Part shown: positions 1 through 8,677 of the stretch, piece by piece
Layout: every line of letters starts with the position of its first letter
Position numbering within the stretch: the stretch's first letter is position 1
Origin: Candidatus Omnitrophota bacterium
Lineage (GTDB): Bacteria > Omnitrophota > Gorgyraeia > Zapsychrales > Zapsychraceae
Length of the DNA: 40,976 nucleotides
Direction: 5' to 3'
NCBI GenBank assembly: GCA_028280285.1
Contig: JANQMA010000030.1
Span: forward strand, 1-40,976
The notes under the pieces: generated by a model
Databases searched by the model: none
The model's input: the letters and a program-made list of their open reading frames with translations, nothing else
Told to the model about the DNA's origin: nothing
Position numbers and translations under genes: made by a program

Positions 1-3000
1 TGTTAATTGGGATAATATTGGTGAGTTAAGTACAGCCGGCGTGAATTGGTCAGACTTAACTGTTATGACAGAAGCCGGCATCAATTGGTCGGATATTACC
101 GTGATGAGTGAGGCGGGTGTTAATTGGGATAATATTAGCGAATTAAGTACAGTAGGAATTAATTGGAGTAATATTGGTGAGATGAGTACCTCAGGAATCA
201 ATTGGGATAATATTGGTGAGTTATCTGCGGCAGGAGTGAATTGGAATGATGTTCGTGTTATGACAGAAACAGGAATTAATTGGGATAATGTCGGCGAGAT
301 GTCTGCGGCTGGTATTAACTGGAGTGATATCGGAGAGATGAGTGCGGCAGGCATTAACTGGGATGATATTACCGTGATGAGTGAAGCGGGTGTGAATTGG
401 GATAATATTGGAGAGCTCTCTGCTTCAGGTATCAACTGGGCAGATATTAATGTGATGAGTGAGGCCGGTATTAACTGGTCGGATATTGGAGAATTAACGG
501 CCGCCGGAGTGAATTGGTCAGACTTAACTGTCATGACAGAAGCCGGTATTAACTGGTCGGATATTGGGGTAATGAGTGCGGCCGGTGTTAATTGGGATGA
601 CTTAACGGTCATGACAGAGGCTGGTGTTAATTGGGATAATATTGGGGAATTAAGTACATCAGCTATTAACTGGAGTGACATTGGTGTCATGAGTGCAGCG
701 GGCGTCAATTGGGATAATATCGGCGAGCTAAGTACATCCGGTGTGAATTGGGATAATATTGGTGAGATGTCGGCCTCAGGAATTAATTGGGATAATATCG
801 GCGAGTTGTCATCATCAGGTGTTAACTGGAATGATATTGCTGTCATGACAGCGGCGGGTGTTAACTGGGATAATATTGGTGAGTTAAGTGCAGCAGGCAT
901 TAATTGGTCAGATATTAATGTACTCAGTGAGGCCGGTATTAACTGGTCAGATATTGGGGTGATGAGTGCCGCAGGCGTTAACTGGGATGATATTGGTGAG
1001 CTAAGTACGGCGGGTGTGAATTGGTCAGACTTAACGGTGATGACAGAGGCCGGTATTAACTGGTCGGATATTGGAGTGATGAGTGCTGCAGGCGTTAACT
1101 GGGATGATATTGGTGAGCTAAGTACAGCGGGTGTGAATTGGTCAGACTTAACGGTGATGACAGAGGCCGGTATTAACTGGAGTGATCTAACGGTTATGTC
1201 AGAAGCAGGTGTCAACTGGGATGACTTCAGTTATATGACAACAGCTGGCGTCAACTGGGCTGATTTTGCTGTCATGACAACCGCGAGCGTGAATTGGAAT
1301 GATCTACAAGTGCTGACAGAGTCTGGTGTCAATTGGAGTAACTTTGGCGAAATGACAGCGTCGGGAGTAAATTGGTCAGACTTAACTGTTATGACAGAAG
1401 CTGGCATTAATTGGAGTGATTTAGGTGTTATGTCGGCAACAGGTGTTAATTGGGACGATATTCAAGTGATGACAGAAGCGGGTGTTAATTGGAGCAATTT
1501 TGCGGAATTGTCGACGGCGGGTGTCAATTGGGATGGTATTAATGATTTAACTTCGGCAAGTGTCAACTGGGATGATTTAAGTGAAATGACACAGGCTGGA
1601 ATAAATTGGTCTGATTTTGGTGTCTTATCAACATCAGGTATTAATTGGAGTGATTTACAGGTGATGACGGAGGCAGGGGTAAACTGGGATAATATTGGTG
1701 ACATGAGTACCGCCGGCGTCAACTGGTCAGATTTGACTGTTATGACAGAGGCTGGCATTAATTGGAGTGATTTAGGTGTTATGTCGGCAACAGGCATTAA
1801 TTGGAGTGATTTAACGGTCATGACAGAGGCGGGTGTTAATTGGGATAATTTTAGTGAATTGACCGCAGCCGGTGTTAACTGGTCGGATCTGACGGTCATG
1901 ACAGAAGCCGGTGTGAATTGGGATGATATCGGCTCGATGACAACCGCCGGTGTTAACTGGGATAGTATTGGTGATATGACAACCTCTGGTGTTAATTGGG
2001 ATGATTTGACGGTCATGACAGAAGCTGGTGTTAATTGGAGTAATTTTGGAGATATGACAACAGCAGGTGTTAATTGGGACAGTATTGGTGAGTTATCGAC
2101 TGCGGGGGTCAATTGGGATGGCTTTAATGAATTAACGACGGCAGGTGTCAATTGGGATGATTTTGGTGTTATGACAACAGCCGGTATTAATTGGGATAAT
2201 GTTGGCGATATGACAACCGCCGGTGTCAATTGGGATGAAATCACAGTAATGAGTGAGGCGGGGGTTAATTGGGCGAATTTTGGTGATTTATCGACGGCCG
2301 GCATTAATTGGAATGGTATTAGTGAACTAGCCGATGCGGGAGTTAATTGGTCAAACTTTGCACAGTTATCGACAGCGGGAGTGAATTGGGCTGGCATTAA
2401 TGAAATGACACAGGCGGGCATCAATTGGGATAATATGACTGATCTAAGTACAGCGGGCATCAATTGGGAAGGTTTTGGTGATTTATCGACGGCTGGTGTG
2501 AACTGGTCAGATCTACGTGTTATGAGCGAAGCGGGTGTGAACTGGTTGGATATGGGAAGTATGACAACAGCCGGTGTTAATTGGAGTGATCTAACAATTA
2601 TGTCAGAAGCCGGCGTGAATTGGGCCGGGTTTGAAGCATTATCAACAGGTGGTGTGAACTGGGATAATATTGGCGACTTAAGTACAGCGGGTGTGAACTG
2701 GTCGGATCTAAAGATTATGAGCGAGGCGGGTGTGAATTGGTCAGGTTTTGAAGCATTATCAACAGGTGGTGTGAATTGGGATAATATTGGTGAGCTAAGT
2801 ACAGCGGGTGTGAATTGGGCGGATCTAACGGTTATGAGTGAAGCCGGTGTCAATTGGGATGGTGTTGGGGCACTCGCAAGCTCTGGTGTTAATTGGGATA
2901 ATATTGGTGAAATGTCCGTCGCTGGTATTAACTGGAATGGTGTTGGGGCACTTGCTAGTGCTGGAGTCAATTGGGATGGTGTTGGAGCGCTCGCCAGTGC

Positions 3001-4230
3001 TGGTGTTAATTGGGATGATATTGCGAGTTTATCAGCCGCGGGTGTGAACTGGAATGATCTTACTGTCTTGAGTGAAGCCGGTGTCAACTGGTCGGATCTG
3101 ACAGTGATGAGCGAGGCTGGTGTTAATTGGAATGATATGACAATCATGACAGAAGCCGGTATTAATTGGAATGATCTACAAGTTATGTCGACGACCGGTG
3201 TCAATTGGGATGATCTTCAAAACTTTAGCACCATTGGTATTAACTGGTCAAATATCCAAGATCTATCAGCAGCCGGCGTTAATTGGGATGGTATTAATGA
3301 ATTAACAACATCAGGCATTAATTGGAGTGATATTAGTGTATTGAGTGAAGCCGGTATTAACTGGAGTAATATCGGAGACTTAAGTACCGCTGGTGTGAAT
3401 TGGTCGGATATCAATGTGATGACAGAGGCTGGTATTAATTGGGATGACATTACAAGTATGACGACAACAGGTATTAATTGGAATGATATCGGTGCGATGA
3501 CAACTGCTGGTGTTAATTGGGATAGTATTCAGTCTATGTCAACAGCGGGTGTGAACTGGTCGGATATTACAGTTATGACGGAATCAAATATCAACTGGGA
3601 TAGCGTCGGAAGTATGACCGTTTCTGGTATTAACTGGTCAAATATTGGTGACTTGAGTGCCGCTGGTGTCAATTGGAGTGATATTGGTGTGATGAGTGAG
3701 GCTGGTGTTAACTGGAGTGATATCGGGACAATGTCTTCGCAGGGTATTAATTGGGATGGTATCCAAGATTTATCTGTTGCCGGTGTGAACTGGAGTGGTA
3801 TTCAAGACTTGAGTCTATCGGGCGTTAATTGGGATGATATTGCCGAGTTAAGTCTGGCGGGAGTTGATTGGAGTAATATTGCTTCCATGGCTAATGCCGG
3901 AGTGAACTGGGATGGTATTGCCGATCTAGCGGCGGCAAGTGTGAATTGGAGTAATGTCGCCGATCTCGCCGCGGCGGGTGTGAATTGGACGAATATTTCC
4001 AATCTGGCCTCAGCCGGTGTCAATTGGGATGGTGTGGCTGAGATGACAAGCTCTGGCGTTAACTGGGATGATGTCGCCGAGATGAGTACTGCTGGTGTTA
4101 ATTGGGCGGACATAGCGTTTATGAGTGGTACAGGTATTAACTGGGAGGATATGAGTACATCAAGTACTGCCGGTATTAATTGGAGCGATCTTGCGGCAAT
4201 GAGTAATAATGGCATCAATTGGGATGGGGT
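1..4230 (+). repeat. Coding tandem repeat with a 39-nt period (about 108 units). It includes near-identical 117-nt blocks made of three units, e.g. around 1013-1180.
   Basis: Direct reading shows '...ggtgtgaattggtcagacttaacggtgatgacagaggccggtattaactgg...' recurring with codon-level variation. Antisense ORFs 1462-3204, 3217-3450 and 3802-4233 are mirror artefacts of this repeat. Confidence 0.9.
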
Positions 4231-5008
4231 CAATTACTTGGCCGATAATGCACAAACACTCGTCAGCAATGTTTCAAGTATTCTTACAGCAGTGACCACG
4301 ATTAGCTCCCTTGTTGGAACGGCGAGTGATACGTCATCAGCCAGCACGTTGTTTGGAAAGATTGCGGAAGTTAATGATACCGTTTCAGGACTAGATGTGT
4401 CAGATGTGGGAACACTTGTAACTAAAGTAACAGCTATTGAAACGCTTCTTGGTGGTACGGATGATACTGTTGATAGTTCGACGATATTTGGTGATCTGAA
4501 TCAAGTTGAGGCATTGCTTGGTCTGGCAGCTAATGCGACGACAGATGATACTGTATTCGGGCGATTAAATGATATTCAAGAAAATGCTTCAAGTGGAAAG
4601 TCCAGTGCGGATGCAGCGCTCGGTATTGTACAAAATATTAGAGCTGATCTTGGTGTCGACGGACAAACACCAGATTTATATGATAAAGTAACCTCGCTTG
4701 AATCAGCGTTGCAAAATTTAGATACGGTTGTTGCACAATTAGCGACTAATCAAGTCAGTGCGGATGTATTGGCGCGACAAATGCTTGATATCTTAACAGA
4801 GCTTCTTAATCAAAGTGCAGATTTAGCTGGTCTGGAAGAATTGGAAGTTGAAGAAACAGACGCTGAAATAGAAGGCGAGATGGATATGGAAGAAGTCAAT
4901 GACCGCTTGTCTGAGATCGAGGCTAAATTAGAAGCAATCGCTGAGATGCTTGATAAGGATGGTATAGGTGAGGTTGTAATCAAGACATACTTTGAAAGCG
5001 CGCAATAA
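2..5008 (+). CDS. Giant tandem-repeat protein, 5'-partial (frame open from nt 2; >1655 aa in window). About 108 copies of a 13-aa unit A-G-[VI]-N-W-[SDN]-[DN]-[IL]-[GT]-[EV]-[ML]-[ST]-[EA], then a ~250-aa Ser/Thr-rich, acidic coiled-coil C-terminal domain.
   Basis: The ORF track gives one 1655-aa ORF. Reading the same frame back to nt 2 continues the repeat ('VNWDNIGELSTAGVNWSDLTVMTEA'), so the gene begins upstream of the window. The 39-nt periodicity is visible in the DNA. The last ~250 aa are non-repetitive and end in an acidic 'EELEVEETDAEIEGEMDMEE...IEAKLEAIAEML' coiled-coil-like tail. The stop TAA at 5006-5008 overlaps the next ATG. Confidence 0.8.
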   Translation, partial: VNWDNIGELSTAGVNWSDLTVMTEAGINWSDITVMSEAGVNWDNISELSTVGINWSNIGEMSTSGINWDNIGELSAAGVNWNDVRVMTETGINWDNVGEMSAAGINWSDIGEMSAAGINWDDITVMSEAGVNWDNIGELSASGINWADINVMSEAGINWSDIGELTAAGVNWSDLTVMTEAGINWSDIGVMSAAGVNWDDLTVMTEAGVNWDNIGELSTSAINWSDIGVMSAAGVNWDNIGELSTSGVNWDNIGEMSASGINWDNIGELSSSGVNWNDIAVMTAAGVNWDNIGELSAAGINWSDINVLSEAGINWSDIGVMSAAGVNWDDIGELSTAGVNWSDLTVMTEAGINWSDIGVMSAAGVNWDDIGELSTAGVNWSDLTVMTEAGINWSDLTVMSEAGVNWDDFSYMTTAGVNWADFAVMTTASVNWNDLQVLTESGVNWSNFGEMTASGVNWSDLTVMTEAGINWSDLGVMSATGVNWDDIQVMTEAGVNWSNFAELSTAGVNWDGINDLTSASVNWDDLSEMTQAGINWSDFGVLSTSGINWSDLQVMTEAGVNWDNIGDMSTAGVNWSDLTVMTEAGINWSDLGVMSATGINWSDLTVMTEAGVNWDNFSELTAAGVNWSDLTVMTEAGVNWDDIGSMTTAGVNWDSIGDMTTSGVNWDDLTVMTEAGVNWSNFGDMTTAGVNWDSIGELSTAGVNWDGFNELTTAGVNWDDFGVMTTAGINWDNVGDMTTAGVNWDEITVMSEAGVNWANFGDLSTAGINWNGISELADAGVNWSNFAQLSTAGVNWAGINEMTQAGINWDNMTDLSTAGINWEGFGDLSTAGVNWSDLRVMSEAGVNWLDMGSMTTAGVNWSDLTIMSEAGVNWAGFEALSTGGVNWDNIGDLSTAGVNWSDLKIMSEAGVNWSGFEALSTGGVNWDNIGELSTAGVNWADLTVMSEAGVNWDGVGALASSGVNWDNIGEMSVAGINWNGVGALASAGVNWDGVGALASAGVNWDDIASLSAAGVNWNDLTVLSEAGVNWSDLTVMSEAGVNWNDMTIMTEAGINWNDLQVMSTTGVNWDDLQNFSTIGINWSNIQDLSAAGVNWDGINELTTSGINWSDISVLSEAGINWSNIGDLSTAGVNWSDINVMTEAGINWDDITSMTTTGINWNDIGAMTTAGVNWDSIQSMSTAGVNWSDITVMTESNINWDSVGSMTVSGINWSNIGDLSAAGVNWSDIGVMSEAGVNWSDIGTMSSQGINWDGIQDLSVAGVNWSGIQDLSLSGVNWDDIAELSLAGVDWSNIASMANAGVNWDGIADLAAASVNWSNVADLAAAGVNWTNISNLASAGVNWDGVAEMTSSGVNWDDVAEMSTAGVNWADIAFMSGTGINWEDMSTSSTAGINWSDLAAMSNNGINWDGVNYLADNAQTLVSNVSSILTAVTTISSLVGTASDTSSASTLFGKIAEVNDTVSGLDVSDVGTLVTKVTAIETLLGGTDDTVDSSTIFGDLNQVEALLGLAANATTDDTVFGRLNDIQENASSGKSSADAALGIVQNIRADLGVDGQTPDLYDKVTSLESALQNLDTVVAQLATNQVSADVLARQMLDILTELLNQSADLAGLEELEVEETDAEIEGEMDMEEVNDRLSEIEAKLEAIAEMLDKDGIGEVVIKTYFESAQ

Positions 5009-6342
5009 TGAAAGCATCGAATTATTATCGTCGGTTTAGATTTTTATTATTTATTGGTTTATTGTTCTTTTTCATAAGTGTTGCAAAAAATTCTTCAGCG
5101 GATCTTTATATCAATATTCTTGCTGTTAACGGAGCCGACGTAGCTCAGGATAAAGAGATCAATCATGTTCTTCCTAAAGAGCTCGCTAAAGAGGATGTGG
5201 TTGATACAGACGGACTTGAGTTGAAATATGATGTTGACGCCGGTGCTTATAGTGTTACTGGTGTTGTCAAACTGGGCGCTAAAGACACAAAGACCTATAA
5301 AGTCCGTGTCCGGGACGTCTGGAAAGTTGATGAAAATGAAATTGTACAGATTCAAGAAGAGATTGATAAAAATCTTGCCCGTATTAAGGATACGGAATTT
5401 TTCCCGACCGGTCAGATCAAAAGAGAAAGTCTTATTGAACGCTTGGATTTTATTGTTAAACAGCAGGAAAAGTTTGCGGATAATATTGAAAAGCGTATTG
5501 GCCGTTACCGTATTTATGAGAAAGAATTAAGCGAGATTCGCACCAATGCTCTTTCTGTTAAATATTGGAAGTCAAGGCCGCCGACACCGGATGAAGCCGA
5601 TATTTTTACCTATATCATTGAGCTGGAAAACCCCAATGATGAAGAAGAAGCAATATTATCCCCGAAGCATTATGTGCCAAAAGAAGTTAAACCTGAACAT
5701 TTTGTTGAGCTTCAAGGGTTTGAAGTCAAGTATGATGCTTTAAAGGGAAGATCCTATCTTCAAAAAGAAGATAAGCTGAAAGCACAGCAGAAAAAACGTT
5801 ATGAAATCGGCATTATTGATATTTGGAAAATCCGCGATTACGAAATTGAAGAATTGCGGGATCGTACGGCAAATGCGTTTGAGCTTTTAAGAGGATCAGA
5901 ATTTCTCGACAGTGCCGAGTATTTGGCCCAAGTCATTACCAAAAATCTTGATTATTTGGTTGAGTCGCAAAAAATCGACCGTTCGATTAATGATCATATT
6001 GCGGCTTACCGTAAAAATAAAATAATTTATGACAAAACTGTTGAAGATGTTGAAGCGCTCGAACGTTTATTAGAAGCATTACGCGAGGATCTGGAACGCA
6101 GTAAAGTTAAAAAAGTTCTTGAGAAAATTTCAGAACAGGCCAATCTGGCATCGATTGTTAAAACGATCTTTAAAAAGCCTGATATTAACACAGCATGGAA
6201 AATTATTCTGGGAGTTGTTATATTCGTTGGAATTTACACCTTGATTCACTTTACTATATGGGGCATACGTTCGAAAAACGCGAAGATCGAAGAGACACAG
6301 AAACCTGCCTCTTCGGATACGCCAGAAGAAGACAAGGAGTAA
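5008..6342 (+). CDS. Membrane-anchored coiled-coil protein. It has an N-terminal signal or anchor, two ~55-aa internally duplicated modules, a long charged coiled coil and a C-terminal transmembrane helix. Function unknown; translationally coupled to the repeat protein.
   Basis: The N-terminus 'MKASNYYRRFRFLLFIGLLFFFISVAKNSSA' is hydrophobic. The C-terminus has 'AWKIILGVVIFVGIYTLIHFTIWGI'. There is an internal duplication ('LKYDVDAGAYSV...YKVRVRDVWKVDENEIVQIQEEI' versus 'VKYDALKGRSYL...YEIGIIDIWKIRDYEIEELRDR'). A TAATG overlap links it to the upstream CDS. Confidence 0.6.
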   Translation: MKASNYYRRFRFLLFIGLLFFFISVAKNSSADLYINILAVNGADVAQDKEINHVLPKELAKEDVVDTDGLELKYDVDAGAYSVTGVVKLGAKDTKTYKVRVRDVWKVDENEIVQIQEEIDKNLARIKDTEFFPTGQIKRESLIERLDFIVKQQEKFADNIEKRIGRYRIYEKELSEIRTNALSVKYWKSRPPTPDEADIFTYIIELENPNDEEEAILSPKHYVPKEVKPEHFVELQGFEVKYDALKGRSYLQKEDKLKAQQKKRYEIGIIDIWKIRDYEIEELRDRTANAFELLRGSEFLDSAEYLAQVITKNLDYLVESQKIDRSINDHIAAYRKNKIIYDKTVEDVEALERLLEALREDLERSKVKKVLEKISEQANLASIVKTIFKKPDINTAWKIILGVVIFVGIYTLIHFTIWGIRSKNAKIEETQKPASSDTPEEDKE

Positions 6343-6346
6343 GTCA

Positions 6347-7912
6347 TTGACTGAATTAAGATACACAGAAGTCGGCAAGGTAAAAAGTATCCGGGGATGT
6401 ATTGTCTTTGTCATCGGACTTAATAACTGTATTAATGGTCAGTTAGTTGAGTTTGGTTTCGGGACATTCGGGACTATTCTTGGGTTTACGGAAAAGGATG
6501 CGCAGGTGCTTATCGTTAAAGAAAGCACGCCTATTAAAACGGGTGATGAGGTGCGTGCATCGCTGGAACCGTTTAATGTTCCTGTCGGTGAGAATTTTAT
6601 TGGACGGATTGTTAATCCGCTGTGCGATCCGTTTGACGGGCTTGGCCCGATAAAGCCTGATGAGCATTATCCTATTTTTCCTTTAGCGCCGGGTATCCTG
6701 GATAGAAAAGTTTTGCATAAGACGCTTGAAACAGGGACAAAAGTTGTTGATGCGATGATTCCGGTCGGCATGGGACAGCGTGAACTTGTTTTGGGTAATA
6801 AGATGACGGGCAAGACCACGCTTATTACAGATTGTGTTATTAATCAAAAAGGCAAAGATGTCATTTGTATTTATTGTGCGATTGGAAAGGCGCGCTCTCA
6901 GTTGGCGCGTGTTGTACAGCTCTTTCAGGATCATGATGCGTTTGACCATACGATTATTGTAGCCGCTCCGTCTTCATCACCGCCAGGCCAGCAGTATTTA
7001 GCACCGTATGTTGCCTGTTCAATCGGTGAGTATTTTATGCACCGGGGTAAGGACGTGTTTATCGGCTTTGATGATTTCACCAAACATGCCTGGTGTTATC
7101 GGGAAATATCGCTTTTACTTGGTCGTCCACCGGGGCGCGACTCTTATCCGGGGGATATTTTTTATCTGCATTCAAAGATGATTGAGCGGGCATGCCATTA
7201 TGATGATGCTCATGGCGGAGGATCAATGACGTTTTTACCGCTGGTTGAAATTCTTGAGGGCGACTTAACAGCATTCGTCCCGTCAAACCTGGTTTCGATG
7301 ACCGATGGTCAGATTCTTCTTGATGCGGCGATGTTTGGGCAGGGACAAAAGCCGGCGCTAGATCTTGGTCTTTCTGTTTCGCGTGTTGGAACCAAGGTGC
7401 AATGGCCGATTATCAAGGACTTGGCCGCCCCAATGCGTTTGGAATATTTGCAGATTCGCGAGCTGCAAAAATCATCTAAGTTGCGCTCAGGTCCACAGTC
7501 CGAAGAACTTATGGAACGTTTAAAGAGTGGGGAGGTTTTAACAGCCCTTATGTGCCAGGGGAAAAATAAACCGGTGCCGCTGGAAGCCTTGGCGCTTATG
7601 CTTTATGCCTTCCGGGAAAAATATATTATCGATTTAAAACCGCAACAGTTAGAAAAATTTCAAGATGAGATTTTTGATTATGCTAAAGAAAAGAACCCTG
7701 AATTTTTAACGAAATTAAGGGAAGAAAAAAAGCTCAGTGAGGAAATTGAAAAGGTCATGCAGGACATTTTACAAACCTATGTGCGTGAACGGTGTCCGGC
7801 AGGCGCAACGGGAACTGAGGAGGAAGAAGAAGGCGACGATATCGTATCAAACATTGGCCGTGATGTTCTCGACGAGGCAGCTTCCAAAGGCCTTGAAAAA
7901 AGCAAAAGTTAA
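6347..7912 (+). CDS. atpA: F-type ATPase alpha-subunit homologue (non-catalytic nucleotide-binding subunit). TTG start.
   Basis: It aligns along its length to F1 alpha: 'GQRELVLGNKMTGKTT' (P-loop), 'LLGRPPGRDSYPGDIFYLHSKMIERA' (cf. '[26 protein letters not shown]'), 'PALDLGLSVSRVG' (arginine-finger region) and 'AFVPSNLVSMTDGQI'. An RBS 'aaggag' sits 8 nt upstream of TTG 6347. Confidence 0.85.
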   Translation: MTELRYTEVGKVKSIRGCIVFVIGLNNCINGQLVEFGFGTFGTILGFTEKDAQVLIVKESTPIKTGDEVRASLEPFNVPVGENFIGRIVNPLCDPFDGLGPIKPDEHYPIFPLAPGILDRKVLHKTLETGTKVVDAMIPVGMGQRELVLGNKMTGKTTLITDCVINQKGKDVICIYCAIGKARSQLARVVQLFQDHDAFDHTIIVAAPSSSPPGQQYLAPYVACSIGEYFMHRGKDVFIGFDDFTKHAWCYREISLLLGRPPGRDSYPGDIFYLHSKMIERACHYDDAHGGGSMTFLPLVEILEGDLTAFVPSNLVSMTDGQILLDAAMFGQGQKPALDLGLSVSRVGTKVQWPIIKDLAAPMRLEYLQIRELQKSSKLRSGPQSEELMERLKSGEVLTALMCQGKNKPVPLEALALMLYAFREKYIIDLKPQQLEKFQDEIFDYAKEKNPEFLTKLREEKKLSEEIEKVMQDILQTYVRERCPAGATGTEEEEEGDDIVSNIGRDVLDEAASKGLEKSKS

Positions 7913-7918
7913 TAATCA

Positions 7919-8191
7919 ATGGGACGCATTATTAAATTTAAATGTATTATTTTAAGTCCCCATTCATTGATCTATGAAAATGAAGTTGAGAGCGTTTTTT
8001 TGACAGGTGATCAGGGAGAGTACGAGCTTCTTGCCTATCATTATCCATTGGTTGGCGTTTTAAGAAGAGGTGATGTGATTATTGATTGGAATCATAAGGT
8101 GTCAATCAACAGTGGGGTGGTTAAGTTTTTTGCCAATGAATGCTTGATTATGATTGAGGAAGACGTCAGGAAAAAAGTAAAAATTAAGTAA
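7919..8191 (+). CDS. atpC: F1 epsilon-subunit-like protein with the N-terminal beta-sandwich only (90 aa). It lacks the C-terminal inhibitory helical hairpin.
   Basis: 'LTGDQGEYELLAYHYPLVGVLRRGDVII' aligns with epsilon '[28 protein letters not shown]'. The protein ends about 45 aa earlier than canonical epsilon. Confidence 0.6.
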   Translation: MGRIIKFKCIILSPHSLIYENEVESVFLTGDQGEYELLAYHYPLVGVLRRGDVIIDWNHKVSINSGVVKFFANECLIMIEEDVRKKVKIK

Positions 8192-8200
8192 GGAATAAAC

Positions 8201-8422
8201 ATGGTACCAGAATATTTTTTAATAATTGGAATGATGCTCGTTGTTGTGGCAGGCCCGTCTATTGTGATCGGCATGTTAGGGCATGCGGTTATTAAAGCAC
8301 TTGCGCGTAATCCATCGGCGGCAAGTAAAATATTTTTAGGTATGATGGTGATGCTTGTTTTTGTTATTGCACTTTCACTGGTGGCTATGTTGATTATTTT
8401 CCAATTGTTTGGGACAAAATAG
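8201..8422 (+). CDS. Fo c-subunit-like two-helix hairpin protein (73 aa) that lacks the conserved ion-binding Asp/Glu in the second helix.
   Basis: It has two hydrophobic helices joined by an 'ALARNPSAAS' polar loop (cf. the c-subunit 'ARQP' loop). TM1 is Gly/Ala-rich ('VVAGPSIVIGMLG'). TM2, 'IFLGMMVMLVFVIALSLVAMLIIF', has no acidic residue. Confidence 0.5.
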   Translation: MVPEYFLIIGMMLVVVAGPSIVIGMLGHAVIKALARNPSAASKIFLGMMVMLVFVIALSLVAMLIIFQLFGTK

Positions 8423-8656
8423 ATGAGAGTATTTGATCAGTGGTTAGAAGCCTTTATTATAGTTTGTATTATGTCGGTTATTATTGCCATTCCATGTTTT
8501 TTGACTGTTTTGGTGGGGCGAAAAATGATCAACAGGATCGGGCAGTATCCGACACAAGCACCAACAATACAAATGAGTATTTGGCTTCAATTAGTAGCTA
8601 TTGAGGCTGTTGGGTTTTTGCTGTTAATTATGTTTTATAATTTTTTCTCTGATTAA
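8423..8656 (+). CDS. atpE: Fo c-subunit-like hairpin protein (77 aa) with a Glu in TM2. Probably the ion-binding c paralogue.
   Basis: The ATG immediately follows the previous TAG. It has two helices with an 'RIGQYPTQAP' loop. TM2, 'LQLVAIEAVGFLLLIMF', places Glu where c subunits carry the carboxylate (cf. 'GLVDAIPMIAVG'). Confidence 0.5.
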   Translation: MRVFDQWLEAFIIVCIMSVIIAIPCFLTVLVGRKMINRIGQYPTQAPTIQMSIWLQLVAIEAVGFLLLIMFYNFFSD

Positions 8657-8677
8657 TGAAAAAGGAGTAATTTAATT

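Noticed and set aside
1-4230. Whether the 39-nt tandem array could be a CRISPR array.
   Set aside because: There are no unique spacers, and the units are contiguous, degenerate at codon wobble positions and in a continuous reading frame. It is a coding repeat.
1462-4233. Long antisense and alternate-frame ORFs (1462-3204 -, 2838-3047 +, 3217-3450 -, 3802-4233 -) within the repeat gene.
   Set aside because: Their translations ('QLTPASVITV...') are simply the mirror of the 39-nt coding repeat. Stop-poor frames in tandem repeats are an expected artefact.
5008-6342. Whether the 444-aa protein could be the missing Fo subunit a.
   Set aside because: It has only two hydrophobic segments, one at each end, and a long coiled coil. 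Subunit a is a 5-6 TM bundle with a conserved Arg in the penultimate helix.
8201-8656. Whether the two small membrane ORFs could be the N-ATPase AtpQ/AtpR accessory proteins.
   Set aside because: N-ATPase operons also contain subunit a, and their order (beta, epsilon, Q, R, a, c, b, alpha, gamma) differs. Both proteins here have the two-helix + polar-loop layout of c subunits. This remains an unresolved alternative, not excluded.
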